Shown: positions 43,636 through 56,259 of the stretch, piece after piece
Layout: the number at the start of each line of letters is the position of its first letter
Numbering within the stretch: the first letter of the stretch is position 1
Origin: the human T2T-CHM13v2.0 reference genome, Homo sapiens
Reading direction: 5' to 3' (one strand)
Assembly: GCF_009914755.1 (NCBI RefSeq)
Contig: NC_060943.1
Length of the DNA stretch: 64,000 bases
The notes under the pieces: model-generated
Seen by the model: the letters and a program-made list of their open reading frames with translations, nothing else
Database searches by the model: none
Told to the model about the DNA's origin: nothing
Translations under genes and position numbers: made by a program

Positions 43636-46120
43636 CGTGAGAGAGAGACAGAAGTCGGCACACAGACACGCACTGCGCGCGCACACACACAGACACACAC
43701 ACAGACGCATCCCCCCAACACACACACACACACCCATAACGAACACACACGTACAGCAGGGAACACCCACCCGCAGGCAGCCCCTGAAGCTGCCGGGTTC
43801 TGCTCTCCGCGACTAAGAGCCACCGGTGAGAGAGCAGCCCACGGGCACACAGGCGGACCTGTGCTCGTCATCACAAGGGCTCCACTTTTGGGGAGACTCA
43901 CCCGCACACCGTCCGCGCACGCCTGAGGCTGGGATGCCGCGCTGCCTCGCCGGCGATCTGTCTGAGTTTTCTTCCTCCTGGGGTTTCTTCCTGCTGGTGG
44001 ACCCTCCGCGAATCCCGGCCTCCGGAGACCGTCCTGGTAACTGCCCTGGCCAGGACTGGTCTCAGCCCAGACTCAGACGCACGATCACACAGGGCTCCTA
44101 CTTCGCCAAGTGTCAGGGACCCATCCCCGGGCAACGGTGGCTTTCACTGTGACCCAAGCGGCGGCTTGGGCCTCGCGCATGCGCACTGGCGAGGCCGACT
44201 CCCCCGCTCCACCCCCCCTTACTCCGCAGAGTCAGGCTGCGGACCCTTTAAAAAATGGCGGCGACGCGGCGGCTGCGGGGCCTGGGGCGGCGGTGCTGGA
44301 GGTTGCGGCGGCGGCGGTGGCGGCGCAGCCCGAGGCGGCGGGTGGGAAGAGGACTGCCAGAGGGGCCTGCGGGAGACCCAGGGTCGGACCCATAGGAGTC
44401 CTGTGGTGAGGACCTCCTTGATTGCTCTTCTGCTTCGGTTCCCGCTGAAGGAGGAGCTTCGGGATGCCGGCTGGGCTGCGCGGACTCCTCTTGGGGTCCG
44501 ATGATGGATCCAACCGGGTGATCGGGAATGGGGTTCCAATGCAGTGAGGCCGAAAGGGTCTCGCCGGGGCACAGAAAGATCCCCAGGGCCGCAAGGCGTG
44601 CTGTCGGCTGCAAAGGCACCGACCCATGAGCCCACTGCCTCCCTCCCTCCTGGCAGGAGCAGGGGCCTGCCTTCATCTCCAAGGCCCGAGGGCTCCGGCA
44701 TCCCGACGCGGCTTCCGGCGACACGGACAAAGAGAGACAGAGGCGAGTCCGAGCTGGAGCCAGCGTGTCCACATGTGGCACTGTCGTCCCCCAAGAGCAC
44801 ATGCAGGCAGCGTGTGTCTTTGAGGCCGTAGGGGGCGACGACGAGACGGACAGTGATGTCCAGACGTGCGCCCGGGGGGCCACTGGAGACCTGCCCCACA
44901 AAGCGGAGGAAAAGCCAAGCGCACCTGAAAACCTGCGAGACAGGGCCTGTGCGCGAGTCCACGCCACGTTCAGGGAGGCCCGCCAGAGGAGCCGAGACGT
45001 TTGGACAAAGTACACCCCACCCCCAGCCCGCCGCCGGCTAGGTACCCCTGACGCAACCTCCCCTGCACCCAGCCAAAACCCAGTCCCGTTGGCTCCCTGA
45101 CATCCGTGGCAGCCAAAAGATTCGGTGCTAGAAGGCACTTTCCCCAGGAGCGGAGGAACCGGTTGGCCCTCAAGAATCAGAGAGGAAGTGCAGGTGGGAT
45201 GCAACACCGCCTTTCCTAGAAGGCCAATGTCAGGAGCGGTGGGCTTGCCTCCGCCTCTTCCTGGACCGAGCGTGCAGCCATCACTTGGGCCATGGAGACC
45301 GAGAGAGCTTCCCTGTCCCACACAGGTATGGAAGCCCAGAGCTCCAGGATCACCACAGCTGCCCATTCATCCAGAAAGAGGTGTGGAGAGGGAAACAATC
45401 ATGACGCGGACCGCCACGAGGTTTCTCCCTGATGGACGGGGAAGTCTTCTTTGTGGAAGACACTGAGCCACGCTAAGAAGCCGCCAGGCTTCTCAGAGAC
45501 GGGGCAGACACAGCAAGAGGGAGGTCAGAGCAGAGGCCAGAGCCCAGGCAGGATACGGGGGGGCCATGCCACCACCACCGGCATCCGGGGAGGAGTGTCA
45601 AACGGGTGACTCGGCCAGGAAGGCCAGCCTTTGAGAGACAGACATGCTTGCCCCATCCCCTTGCCGGCTTCCTTCTCCGTCCCTGCGTCGAGCTGTGGCT
45701 ACATTTCTCGATGAGGGCAGAGGGCGACAGGCGTGACAACCACCTTCTTGAAGCTCTGCGGGCACCCTCCTGCGCGTGGACAATGAGCGCCTGGGAGGCC
45801 GTTGTCCTTGGTTGGGGAGCGCTCGTCTGGATCCAGCCTAGCAAAGAGGCTGCTCCGGATGGGGAGGGGATGAAAACCCCTGCGGGTTCGACGCCGATGC
45901 CCACGTTGCCCAGGCCTTCACAGACCCCCAAACTGGAACTGCCGGGACGACGACTGCCAACCGGCCACACGACCCAGGCAGAGACGCGGGGAGAGGCTGA
46001 CCAGAAGAAAGGCCGACGTGCAAGAAACCCACCCTCCGGCGCACAGGGCACATGTGTCCCAAGGCGCACGCACACACAGACGGACAGAGACAGACAGAGA
46101 GGGCGACGGAAACAGCGAGA

Positions 46121-46161
<41 letters not shown>

Positions 46162-48651
46162 GACGTGAGAGAGAGACAGAAGTCGGCACACAGACACGCA
46201 CTGCGCGCGCACACACACAGACACACACACAGACGCACCCCCCCAACACACACACACACACCCATAACGAACACACACGTACAGCAGGGAACACCCACCC
46301 GCAGGCAGCCCCTGAAGCTGCCGGGTTCTGCTCTCCGAGACTAAGAGCCACCGGTGAGAGAGCAGCCCACGGGCACACAGGCGGACCTGTGCTCGTCATC
46401 ACAAGGGCTCCACTTTTGGGGAGACTCACCCGCACACCGTCCGCGCACGCCTGAGGCTGGGATCCCGCGCTGCCTCGCCGGCGATCTGTCTGAGGTTTCT
46501 TCCTCTTGGGGTTTCTTCCTGCTGGTGGACCCTCCGCGAATCCCGGCCTCCGGAGACCGTCCTGGTAACTGCCCTGGCCAGGACTGGTCTCAGCCCAGAC
46601 TCAGACGCACGATCACACAGGGCTCCTACTTCGCCAAGTGTCAGGGACCCATCCCCGGGCAACGGTGGCTTTCACTGTGACCCAAGCGGCGGCTTGGGCC
46701 TCGCGCATGCGCACTGGCGAGGCCGACTCCCCCGCTCCACGCCCCCTTACTCCGCAGAGTCAGGCTGCGGACCCTTTAAAAAATGGCGGCGACGCGGCGG
46801 CTGCGGGGCCTGGGGCGGCGGTGCTGGAGGTTGCGGCGGCGGCGGTGGCGGCGCAGCCCGAGGCGGCGGGTGGGAAGAGGACTGCCAGAGGGGCCTGCGG
46901 GAGACCCAGGGTCGGACCCATAGGAGTCCTGTGGTGAGGACCTCCTTGATCGCTCTTCTGCTTCGGTTCCCGCGAAAGGAGGAGCTTCGGGATGCCGGCT
47001 GGGCTGCGCGGACTCCTCTTGGGGTCCGATGATGGATCCAACCGGGTGATCGGGAATGGGGTTCCAATGCAGTGAGGCCGAAAGGGTCTCGCCGGGGCAC
47101 AGAAAGATCCCCAGGGCCGCAAGGCGTGCTGTCGGCTGCAAAGGCACCGACCCATGAGCCCACTGCCTCCCTCCCTCCTGGCAGGAGCAGGGGCCTGCCT
47201 TCATCTCCAAGGCCCGAGGGCTCCGGCATCCCGACGCGGCTTCCGGCGACACGGGCAAAGAGAGACAGAGGCGAGTCCGAGCTGGTGCCAGTGTGTCCAC
47301 ATGTGGCACTGTCGTCCCCCAAGAGCACATGCAGGCAGCGTGTGTCTTTGAGACCGTAGGGGGCGACGACGAGACGGACAGTGATGTCCAGGCGTGCGCC
47401 CGGGGGGCCACTGGAGACCTGCCCCACAAAGCGGAGGAAAAGCCAAGCTCACCTGAAAACCTGCGAGACAGGGCCTGTGCGCGAGTCCACGCCACGTTCA
47501 GGGAGGCCCGCCAGAGGAGCCGAGAGGTTTGGACAAAGTACACCCCACCCCCAGCCCGCCGCTGGCTAGGTACCCCTGACGCAACCTCCCCTGCACCCAG
47601 CCAAAACCCAGTCCCGTTGGCTCCCTGACATCCGTGGCAGCCAAAAGATTCGGTGCTAGAAGGCACTTTCCCCAGGAGCGGAGGAACCGGTTGGCCCTCA
47701 AGAATCAGAGAGGAAGTGCAGGTGGGATGCAACACCGCCTTTCCTAGAAGACCAATGTCAGGAGCGGTGGGCTTGCCTCCGCCTCTTCCTGGACCGAGCG
47801 TGCAGCCATCACTTGGGCCATGGAGACCGAGAGAGCTTCCCTGTCCCACACAGGTATGGAAGCCCAGAGCTCCAGGATCACCACAGCTGCCCAATCATCC
47901 AGAAAGAGGTGTGGAGAGGGAAACAATCATGACGCGGACCGCCACGAGGTTTCTCCCTGATGGACGGGGAAGTCTTGTTTGTGGAAGACACTGAGCCACG
48001 CTAAGAAGCCGCCAGGCTTCTCAGAGACGGGGCAGACACAGCAAGAGGGAGGTCAGAGCAGAGGCCAGAGCCCAGGCAGGATACGGGGGGGCCATGCCAC
48101 CACCACCGGCATCCGGGGAGGACTGTCAAACGGGTGACTCGGCCAGGAAGGCTAGCCTTTGAGAGACAGAGATGCTTGCCCCATCCCCTTGCCGGCTTCC
48201 TTCTCCATCCCTGCGTCGAGCTGTGGCTACATTTCTCGATGAGGGCAGAGGGCGACAGGCGTGACAACCACCTTCTTGAAGCTCTGCGGGCACCCTCCTG
48301 CAGGTGGACAATGAGCGCCTGGGAGGCCGTTGTCCTTGGTTGGGGAGCGCTCGTCTGGATCCAGCCTAGCAAAGAGGCTGCTCCGGATGGGGAGGGGATG
48401 AAAACCCCTGCGGGTTCGACGCCGATGCCCACGTTGCCCAGGCCTTCACAGACCCCCAAACTGGAACTGCCGGGACCACGACTGCCAACCGGCCACACGA
48501 CCCAGGCAGAGACGCGGGGAGAGGCTGACCAGAAGAAAGGCCGACGTGCAAGAAACCCACCCTCCGGCGCACAGGGCCCATGTGTCCCAAGGCGCACGCA
48601 CACACAGACGGACAGAGACAGAAAGAGAGGGCGACCGAAAGAGCGAGAAGG

Positions 48652-48683
<32 letters not shown>

Positions 48684-51171
48684 CGTGAGAGAGAGACAGA
48701 AGTCGGCACACAGACACGCACTGCGCGCGCACACACACAGACACACACACAGACGCATCCCCCCAACACACACACACACACCCATAACGAACACACACGT
48801 ACAGCAGGGAACACCCACCCGCAGGCAGCCCCTGAAGCTGCCGGGTTCTGCTCTCCGCGACTAAGAGCCACCGGTGAGAGAGCAGCCCACGGGCACACAG
48901 GCGGACCTGTGCTCGTCATCACAAGGGCTCCACTTTTGGGGAGACTCACCCGCACACCGTCCGCGCACGCCTGAGGCTGGGATGCCGCGCTGCCTCGCCG
49001 GCGATCTGTCTGAGTTTTCTTCCTCCTGGGGTTTCTTCCTGCTGGTGGACCCTCCGCGAATCCCGGCCTCCGGAGACCGTCCTGGTAACTGCCCTGGCCA
49101 GGACTGGTCTCAGCCCAGACTCAGACGCACGATCACACAGGGCTCCTACTTCGCCAAGTGTCAGGGACCCATCCCCGGGCAACGGTGGCTTTCACTGTGA
49201 CCCAAGCGGCGGCTTGGGCCTCGCGCATGCGCACTGGCGAGGCCGACTCCCCCGCTCCACCCCCCCTTACTCCGCAGAGTCAGGCTGCGGACCCTTTAAA
49301 AAATGGCGGCGACGCGGCGGCTGCGGGGCCTGGGGCGGCGGTGCTGGAGGTTGCGGCGGCGGCGGTGGCGGCGCAGCCCGAGGCGGCGGGTGGGAAGAGG
49401 ACTGCCAGAGGGGCCTGCGGGAGACCCAGGGTCGGACCCATAGGAGTCCTGTGGTGAGGACCTCCTTGATTGCTCTTCTGCTTCGGTTCCCGCTGAAGGA
49501 GGAGCTTCGGGATGCCGGCTGGGCTGCGCGGACTCCTCTTGGGGTCCGATGATGGATCCAACCGGGTGATCGGGAATGGGGTTCCAATGCAGTGAGGCCG
49601 AAAGGGTCTCGCCGGGGCACAGAAAGATCCCCAGGGCCGCAAGGCGTGCTGTCGGCTGCAAAGGCACCGACCCATGAGCCCACTGCCTCCCTCCCTCCTG
49701 GCAGGAGCAGGGGCCTGCCTTCATCTCCAAGGCCCGAGGGCTCCGGCATCCCGACGCGGCTTCCGGCGACACGGACAAAGAGAGACAGAGGCGAGTCCGA
49801 GCTGGAGCCAGCGTGTCCACATGTGGCACTGTCGTCCCCCAAGAGCACATGCAGGCAGCGTGTGTCTTTGAGGCCGTAGGGGGCGACGACGAGACGGACA
49901 GTGATGTCCAGACGTGCGCCCGGGGGGCCACTGGAGACCTGCCCCACAAAGCGGAGGAAAAGCCAAGCGCACCTGAAAACCTGCGAGACAGGGCCTGTGC
50001 GCGAGTCCACGCCACGTTCAGGGAGGCCCGCCAGAGGAGCCGAGACGTTTGGACAAAGTACACCCCACCCCCAGCCCGCCGCCGGCTAGGTACCCCTGAC
50101 GCAACCTCCCCTGCACCCAGCCAAAACCCAGTCCCGTTGGCTCCCTGACATCCGTGGCAGCCAAAAGATTCGGTGCTAGAAGGCACTTTCCCCAGGAGCG
50201 GAGGAACCGGTTGGCCCTCAAGAATCAGAGAGGAAGTGCAGGTGGGATGCAACACCGCCTTTCCTAGAAGGCCAATGTCAGGAGCGGTGGGCTTGCCTCC
50301 GCCTCTTCCTGGACCGAGCGTGCAGCCATCACTTGGGCCATGGAGACCGAGAGAGCTTCCCTGTCCCACACAGGTATGGAAGCCCAGAGCTCCAGGATCA
50401 CCACAGCTGCCCATTCATCCAGAAAGAGGTGTGGAGAGGGAAACAATCATGACGCGGACCGCCACGAGGTTTCTCCCTGATGGACGGGGAAGTCTTCTTT
50501 GTGGAAGACACTGAGCCACGCTAAGAAGCCGCCAGGCTTCTCAGAGACGGGGCAGACACAGCAAGAGGGAGGTCAGAGCAGAGGCCAGAGCCCAGGCAGG
50601 ATACGGGGGGGCCATGCCACCACCACCGGCATCCGGGGAGGAGTGTCAAACGGGTGACTCGGCCAGGAAGGCCAGCCTTTGAGAGACAGACATGCTTGCC
50701 CCATCCCCTTGCCGGCTTCCTACTCCGTCCCTGCGTCGAGCTGTGGCTACATTTCTCGATGAGGGCAGAGGGCGACAGGCGTGACAACCACCTTCTTGAA
50801 GCTCTGCGGGCACCCTCCTGCAGGTGGACAATGAGCGCCTGGGAGGCCGTTGTCCTTGGTTGGGGAGCGCTCGTCTGGATCCAGCCTAGCAAAGAGGCTG
50901 CTCCGGATGGGGAGGGGATGAAAACCCCTGCGGGTTCGACGCCGATGCCCACGTTGCCCAGGCCTTCACAGACCCCCAAACTGGAACTGCCGGGACGACG
51001 ACTGCCAACCGGCCACACGACCCAGGCAGAGACGCGGGGAGAGGCTGACCAGAAGAAAGGCCGACGTGCAAGAAACCCACCCTCCGGCGCACAGGGCACA
51101 TGTGTCCCAAGGCGCACGCACACACAGACGGACAGAGACAGACAGAGAGGGCGACGGAAACAGCGAGAAGG

Positions 51172-51205
<34 letters not shown>

Positions 51206-51399
51206 GACGTGAGAGAGAGACAGAAGTCGGCACACAGACACGCACTGCGCGCGCACACACACAGACACACACACAGACGCACCCCCCCAACACACACACA
51301 CACACACCCATAACGAACACACACGTACAGCAGGGAACACCCACCCGCAGGCAGCCCCTGAAGCTGCCGGGTTCTGCTCTCCGCGACTAAGAGCCACCG
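36258..51399. repeat. Two-unit higher-order repeat with a 5,048-bp period (units 9-14)
   Basis: Anchor spacings 36258>41306>46354 and 38778>43826>48874 are all exactly 5048; unit lengths alternate 2520/2528 and diagnostic variants alternate with them. Confidence 0.92.
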
Positions 51400-53697
51400 G
51401 TGAGAGAGCAGCCCACGGGCACACAGGCGGACCTGTGCTCGTCATCACAAGGGCTCCACTTTTGGGGAGACTCACCCGCACACCGTCCGCGCACGCCTGA
51501 GGCTGGGATGCCGCGCTGCCTCGCCGGCGATCTGTCTGAGTTTTCTTCCTCCTGGGGTTTCTTCCTGCTGGTGGACCCTCCGCGAATCCCGGCCTCCGGA
51601 GACCGTCCTGGTAACTGCCCTGGCCAGGACTGGTCTCAGCCCAGACTCAGACGCACGATCACACAGGGCTCCTACTTCGCCAAGTGTCAGGGACCCATCC
51701 CCGGGCAACGGTGGCTTTCACTGTGACCCAAGCGGCGGCTTGGGCCTCGCGCATGCGCACTGGCGAGGCCGACTCCCCCGCTCCACCCCCCCTTACTCCG
51801 CAGAGTCAGGCTGCGGACCCTTTAAAAAATGGCGGCGACGCGGCGGCTGCGGGGCCTGGGGCGGCGGTGCTGGAGGTTGCGGCGGCGGCGGTGGCGGCGC
51901 AGCCCGAGGCGGCGGGTGGGAAGAGGACTGCCAGAGGGGCCTGCGGGAGACCCAGGGTCGGACCCATAGGAGTCCTGTGGTGAGGACCTCCTTGATCGCT
52001 CTTCTGCTTCGGTTCCCGCTGAAGGAGGAGCTTCGGGATGCCGGCTGGGCTGCGCGGACTCCTCTTGGGGTCCGATGATGGATCCAACCGGGTGATCGGG
52101 AATGGGGTTCCAATGCAGTGAGGCCGAAAGGGTCTCGCCGGGGCACAGAAAGATCCCCAGGGCCGCAAGGCGTGCTGTCGGCTGCAAAGGCACCGACCCA
52201 TGAGCCCACTGCCTCCCTCCCTCCTGGCAGGAGCAGGGGCCTGCCTTCATCTCCAAGGCCCGAGGGCTCCGGCATCCCGACGCGGCTTCCAGCGACACGG
52301 ACAAAGAGAGACAGAGGCGAGTCCGAGCTGGAGCCAGCGTGTCCACATGTGGCACTGTCGTCCCCCAAGAGCACATGCAGGCAGCGTGTGTCTTTGAGGC
52401 CGTAGGGGGCGACGACGAGACGGACAGTGATGTCCAGGCGTGCGCCCGGGGGGCCACTGGAGACCTGCCCCACAAAGCGGAGGAAAAGCCAAGCGCACCT
52501 GAAAACCTGCGAGACAGGGCCTGTGCGCGAGTCCACGCCACGTTCAGGGAGGCCCGCCAGAGGAGCCGAGACGTTTGGACAAAGTACACCCCACCCCCAG
52601 CCCGCCGCCGGCTAGGTACCCCTGACGCAACCTCCCCTGCACCCAGCCAAAACCCAGTCCCGTTGGCTCCCTGACATCCGTGGCAGCCAAAAGATTCGGT
52701 GCTAGAAGGCACTTTCCCCAGGAGCGGAGGAACCGGTTGGCCCTCAAGAATCAGAGAGGAAGTGCAGGTGGGATGCAACACCGCCTTTCCTAGAAGGCCA
52801 ATGTCAGGAGCGGTGGGCTTGCCTCCGCCTCTTCCTGGACCGAGCGTGCAGCCATCACTTGGGCCATGGAGACCGAGAGAGCTTCCCTGTCCCACACAGG
52901 TATGGAAGCCCAGAGCTCCAGGATCACCACAGCTGCCCATTCATCCAGAAAGAGGTGTGGAGAGGGAAACAATCATGACGCGGACCGCCACGAGGTTTCT
53001 CCCTGATGGACGGGGAAGTCTTCTTTGTGGAAGACACTGAGCCACGCTAAGAAGCCGCCAGGCTTCTCAGAGACGGGGCAGACACAGCAAGAGGGAGGTC
53101 AGAGCAGAGGCCAGAGCCCAGGCAGGATACGGGGGGGCCATGCCACCACCACCGGCATCCGGGGAGGAGTGTCAAACGGGTGACTCGGCCAGGAAGGCCA
53201 GCCTTTGAGAGACAGACATGCTTGCCCCATCCCCTTGCCGGCTTCCTTCTCCGTCCCTGCGTCGAGCTGTGGCTACATTTCTCGATGAGGGCAGAGGGCG
53301 ACAGGCGTGACAACCACCTTCTTGAAGCTCTGCGGGCACCCTCCTGCGCGTGGACAATGAGCGCCTGGGAGGCCGTTGTCCTTGGTTGGGGAGCGCTCGT
53401 CTGGATCCAGCCTAGCAAAGAGGCTGCTCCGGATGGGGAGGGGATGAAAACCCCTGCGGGTTCGACGCCGATGCCCACGTTGCCCAGGCCTTCACAGACC
53501 CCCAAACTGGAACTGCCGGGACGACGACTGCCAACCGGCCACACGACCCAGGCAGAGACGCGGGGAGAGGCTGACCAGAAGAAAGGCCGACGTGCAAGAA
53601 ACCCACCCTCCGGCGCACAGGGCCCATGTGTCCCAAGGCGCACGCACACACAGACGGACAGAGACAGACAGAGAGGGCGACGGAAACAGCGAGAAGG

Positions 53698-53731
<34 letters not shown>

Positions 53732-56218
53732 GACGTGAGAGAGAGACAGAAGTCGGCACACAGACACGCACTGCGCACGCACACACACAGACACACACAC
53801 AGACGCACCCCCCCAACACACACACACACACCCATAACGAACACACACGTACAGCAGGGAACACCCACCCGCAGGCAGCCCCTGAAGCTGCCGGGTTCTG
53901 CTCTCCGAGACTAAGAGCCACCGGTGAGAGAGCAGCCCACGGGCACACAGGCGGACCTGTGCTCGTCATCACAAGGGCTCCACTTTTGGGGAGACTCACC
54001 CACACACCGTCCGCGCACGCCTGAGGCTGGGATCCCGCGCTGCCTCGCCGGCGATCTGTCTGAGTTTTCTTCCTCCTGGGGTTTCCTCCTGCTGGTGGAC
54101 CCTCCGCGAATCCCGGCCTCCGGAGACCGTCCTGGTAACTGCCCTGGCCAGGACTGGTCTCAGCCCAGACTCAGACGCACGATCACACAGGGCTCCTACT
54201 TCGCCAAGTGTCAGGGACCCATCCCCGGGCAACGGTGGCTTTCACTGTGACCCAAGCGGCGGCTTGGGCCTCGCGCATGCGCACTGGCGAGGCCGACTCC
54301 CCCGCTCCACCCCCCCTTACTCCGCAGAGTCAGGCTGCGGACCCTTTAAAAAATGGCGGCGACGCGGCGGCTGCGGGGCCTGGGGCGGCGGTGCTGGAGG
54401 TTGCGGCGGCGGCGGTGGCGGCGCAGCCCGAGGCGGCGGGTGGGAAGAGGACTGCCAGAGGGGCCTGCGGGAGACCCAGGGTCGGACCCATAGGAGTCCT
54501 GTGGTGAGGACCTCCTTGATCGCTCTTCTGCTTCGGTTCCCGCGAAAGGAGGAGCTTCGGGATGCCGGCTGGGCTGCGCGGACTCCTCTTGGGGTCCAAT
54601 GATGGATCCAACCGGGTGATCGGGAATGGGGTTCCAATGCAGTGAGGCCGAAAGGGTCTCGCCGGGGCACAGAAAGATCCCCAGGGCCGCAAGGCGTGCT
54701 GTCGGCTGCAAAGGCACCGACCCATGAGCCCACTGCCTCCCTCCCTCCTGGCAGGAGCAGGGGCCTGCCTTCATCTCCAAGGCCCGAGGGCTCCGGCATC
54801 CCGACGCGGCTTCCGGCGACACGGGCAAAGAGAGACAGAGGCGAGTCCGAGCTGGTGCCAGCGTGTCCACATGTGGCACTGTCGTCCCCCAAGAGCACAT
54901 GCAGGCAGCGTGTGTCTTTGAGGCCGTAGGGGGCGACGACGAGACGGACAGTGATGTCCAGGCGTGCGCCCGGGGGGCCACTGGAGACCTGCCCCACAAA
55001 GCGGAGGAAAAGCCAAGCGCACCTGAAAACCTGCGAGACAGGGCCTGTGCGCGAGTCCACGCCACGTTCAGGGAGGCCCGCCAGAGGAGCCGAGAGGTTT
55101 GGACAAAGTACACCCCACCCCCAGCCCGCCGCCGGCTAGGTACCCCTGACGCAACCTCCCCTGCACCCAGCCAAAACCCAGTCCCGTTGGCTCCCTGACA
55201 TCCGTGGCAGCCAAAAGATTCGGTGCTAGAAGGCACTTTCCCCAGGAGCGGAGGAACCGGTTGGCCCTCAAGAATCACAGAGGAAGTGCAGGTGGGATGC
55301 AACACCGCCTTTCCTAGAAGGCCAATGTCAGGAGCGGTGGGCTTGCCTCCGCCTCTTCCTGGACCGAGCGTGCAGCCATCACTTGGGCCATGGAGACCGA
55401 GAGAGCTTCCCTGTCCCACACAGGTATGGAAGCCCAGAGCTCCAGGATCACCACAGCTGCCCAGTCATCCAGAAAGAGGTGTGGAGAGGGAAACAATCAT
55501 GACGCGGACCGCCACGAGGTTTCTCCCTGATGGACGGGGAAGTCTTCTTTGTGGAAGACACTGAGCCACGCTAAGAAGCCGCCAGGCTTCTCAGAGATGG
55601 GGCAGACACAGCAAGAGGGAGGTCAGAGCAGAGGCCAGAGCCCAGGCAGGATACGGGGGGGCCATGCCACCACCACCGGCATCCGGGGAGGAGTGTCAAA
55701 CGGGTGACTCGGCCAGGAAGGCCAGCCTTTGAGAGACAGACATGCTTGCCCCATCCCCTTGCCGGCTTCCTTCTCCGTCCCTGCGTCGAGCTGTGGCTAC
55801 ATTTCTCGATGAGGGCTGAGGGCGACAGGCGTGACAACCACCTTCTTGAAGCTCTGCGGGCACCCTCCTGCGCGTGGACAATGAGCGCCTGGGAGGCCGT
55901 TGTCCTTGGTTGGGGAGCGCTCGTCTGGATCCAGCCTAGCAAAGAGGCTGCTCCGGATGGGGAGGGGATGAAAACCCCTGCGGGTTCGACGCCGATGCCC
56001 ACGTTGCCCAGGCCTTCACAGACCCCCAAACTGGAACTGCCGGGACGACGACTGCCAACCGGCCACACGACCCAGGCAGAGACGCGGGGAGAGGCTGACC
56101 AGAAGAAAGGCCGACGTGCAAGAAACCCACCCTGCGGCGCACAGGGCACATGTGTCCCAAGGCGCACGCACACACAGACGGACAGAGACAGACAGAGAGG
56201 GCGACGGAAACAGCGAGA

Positions 56219-56259
<41 letters not shown>

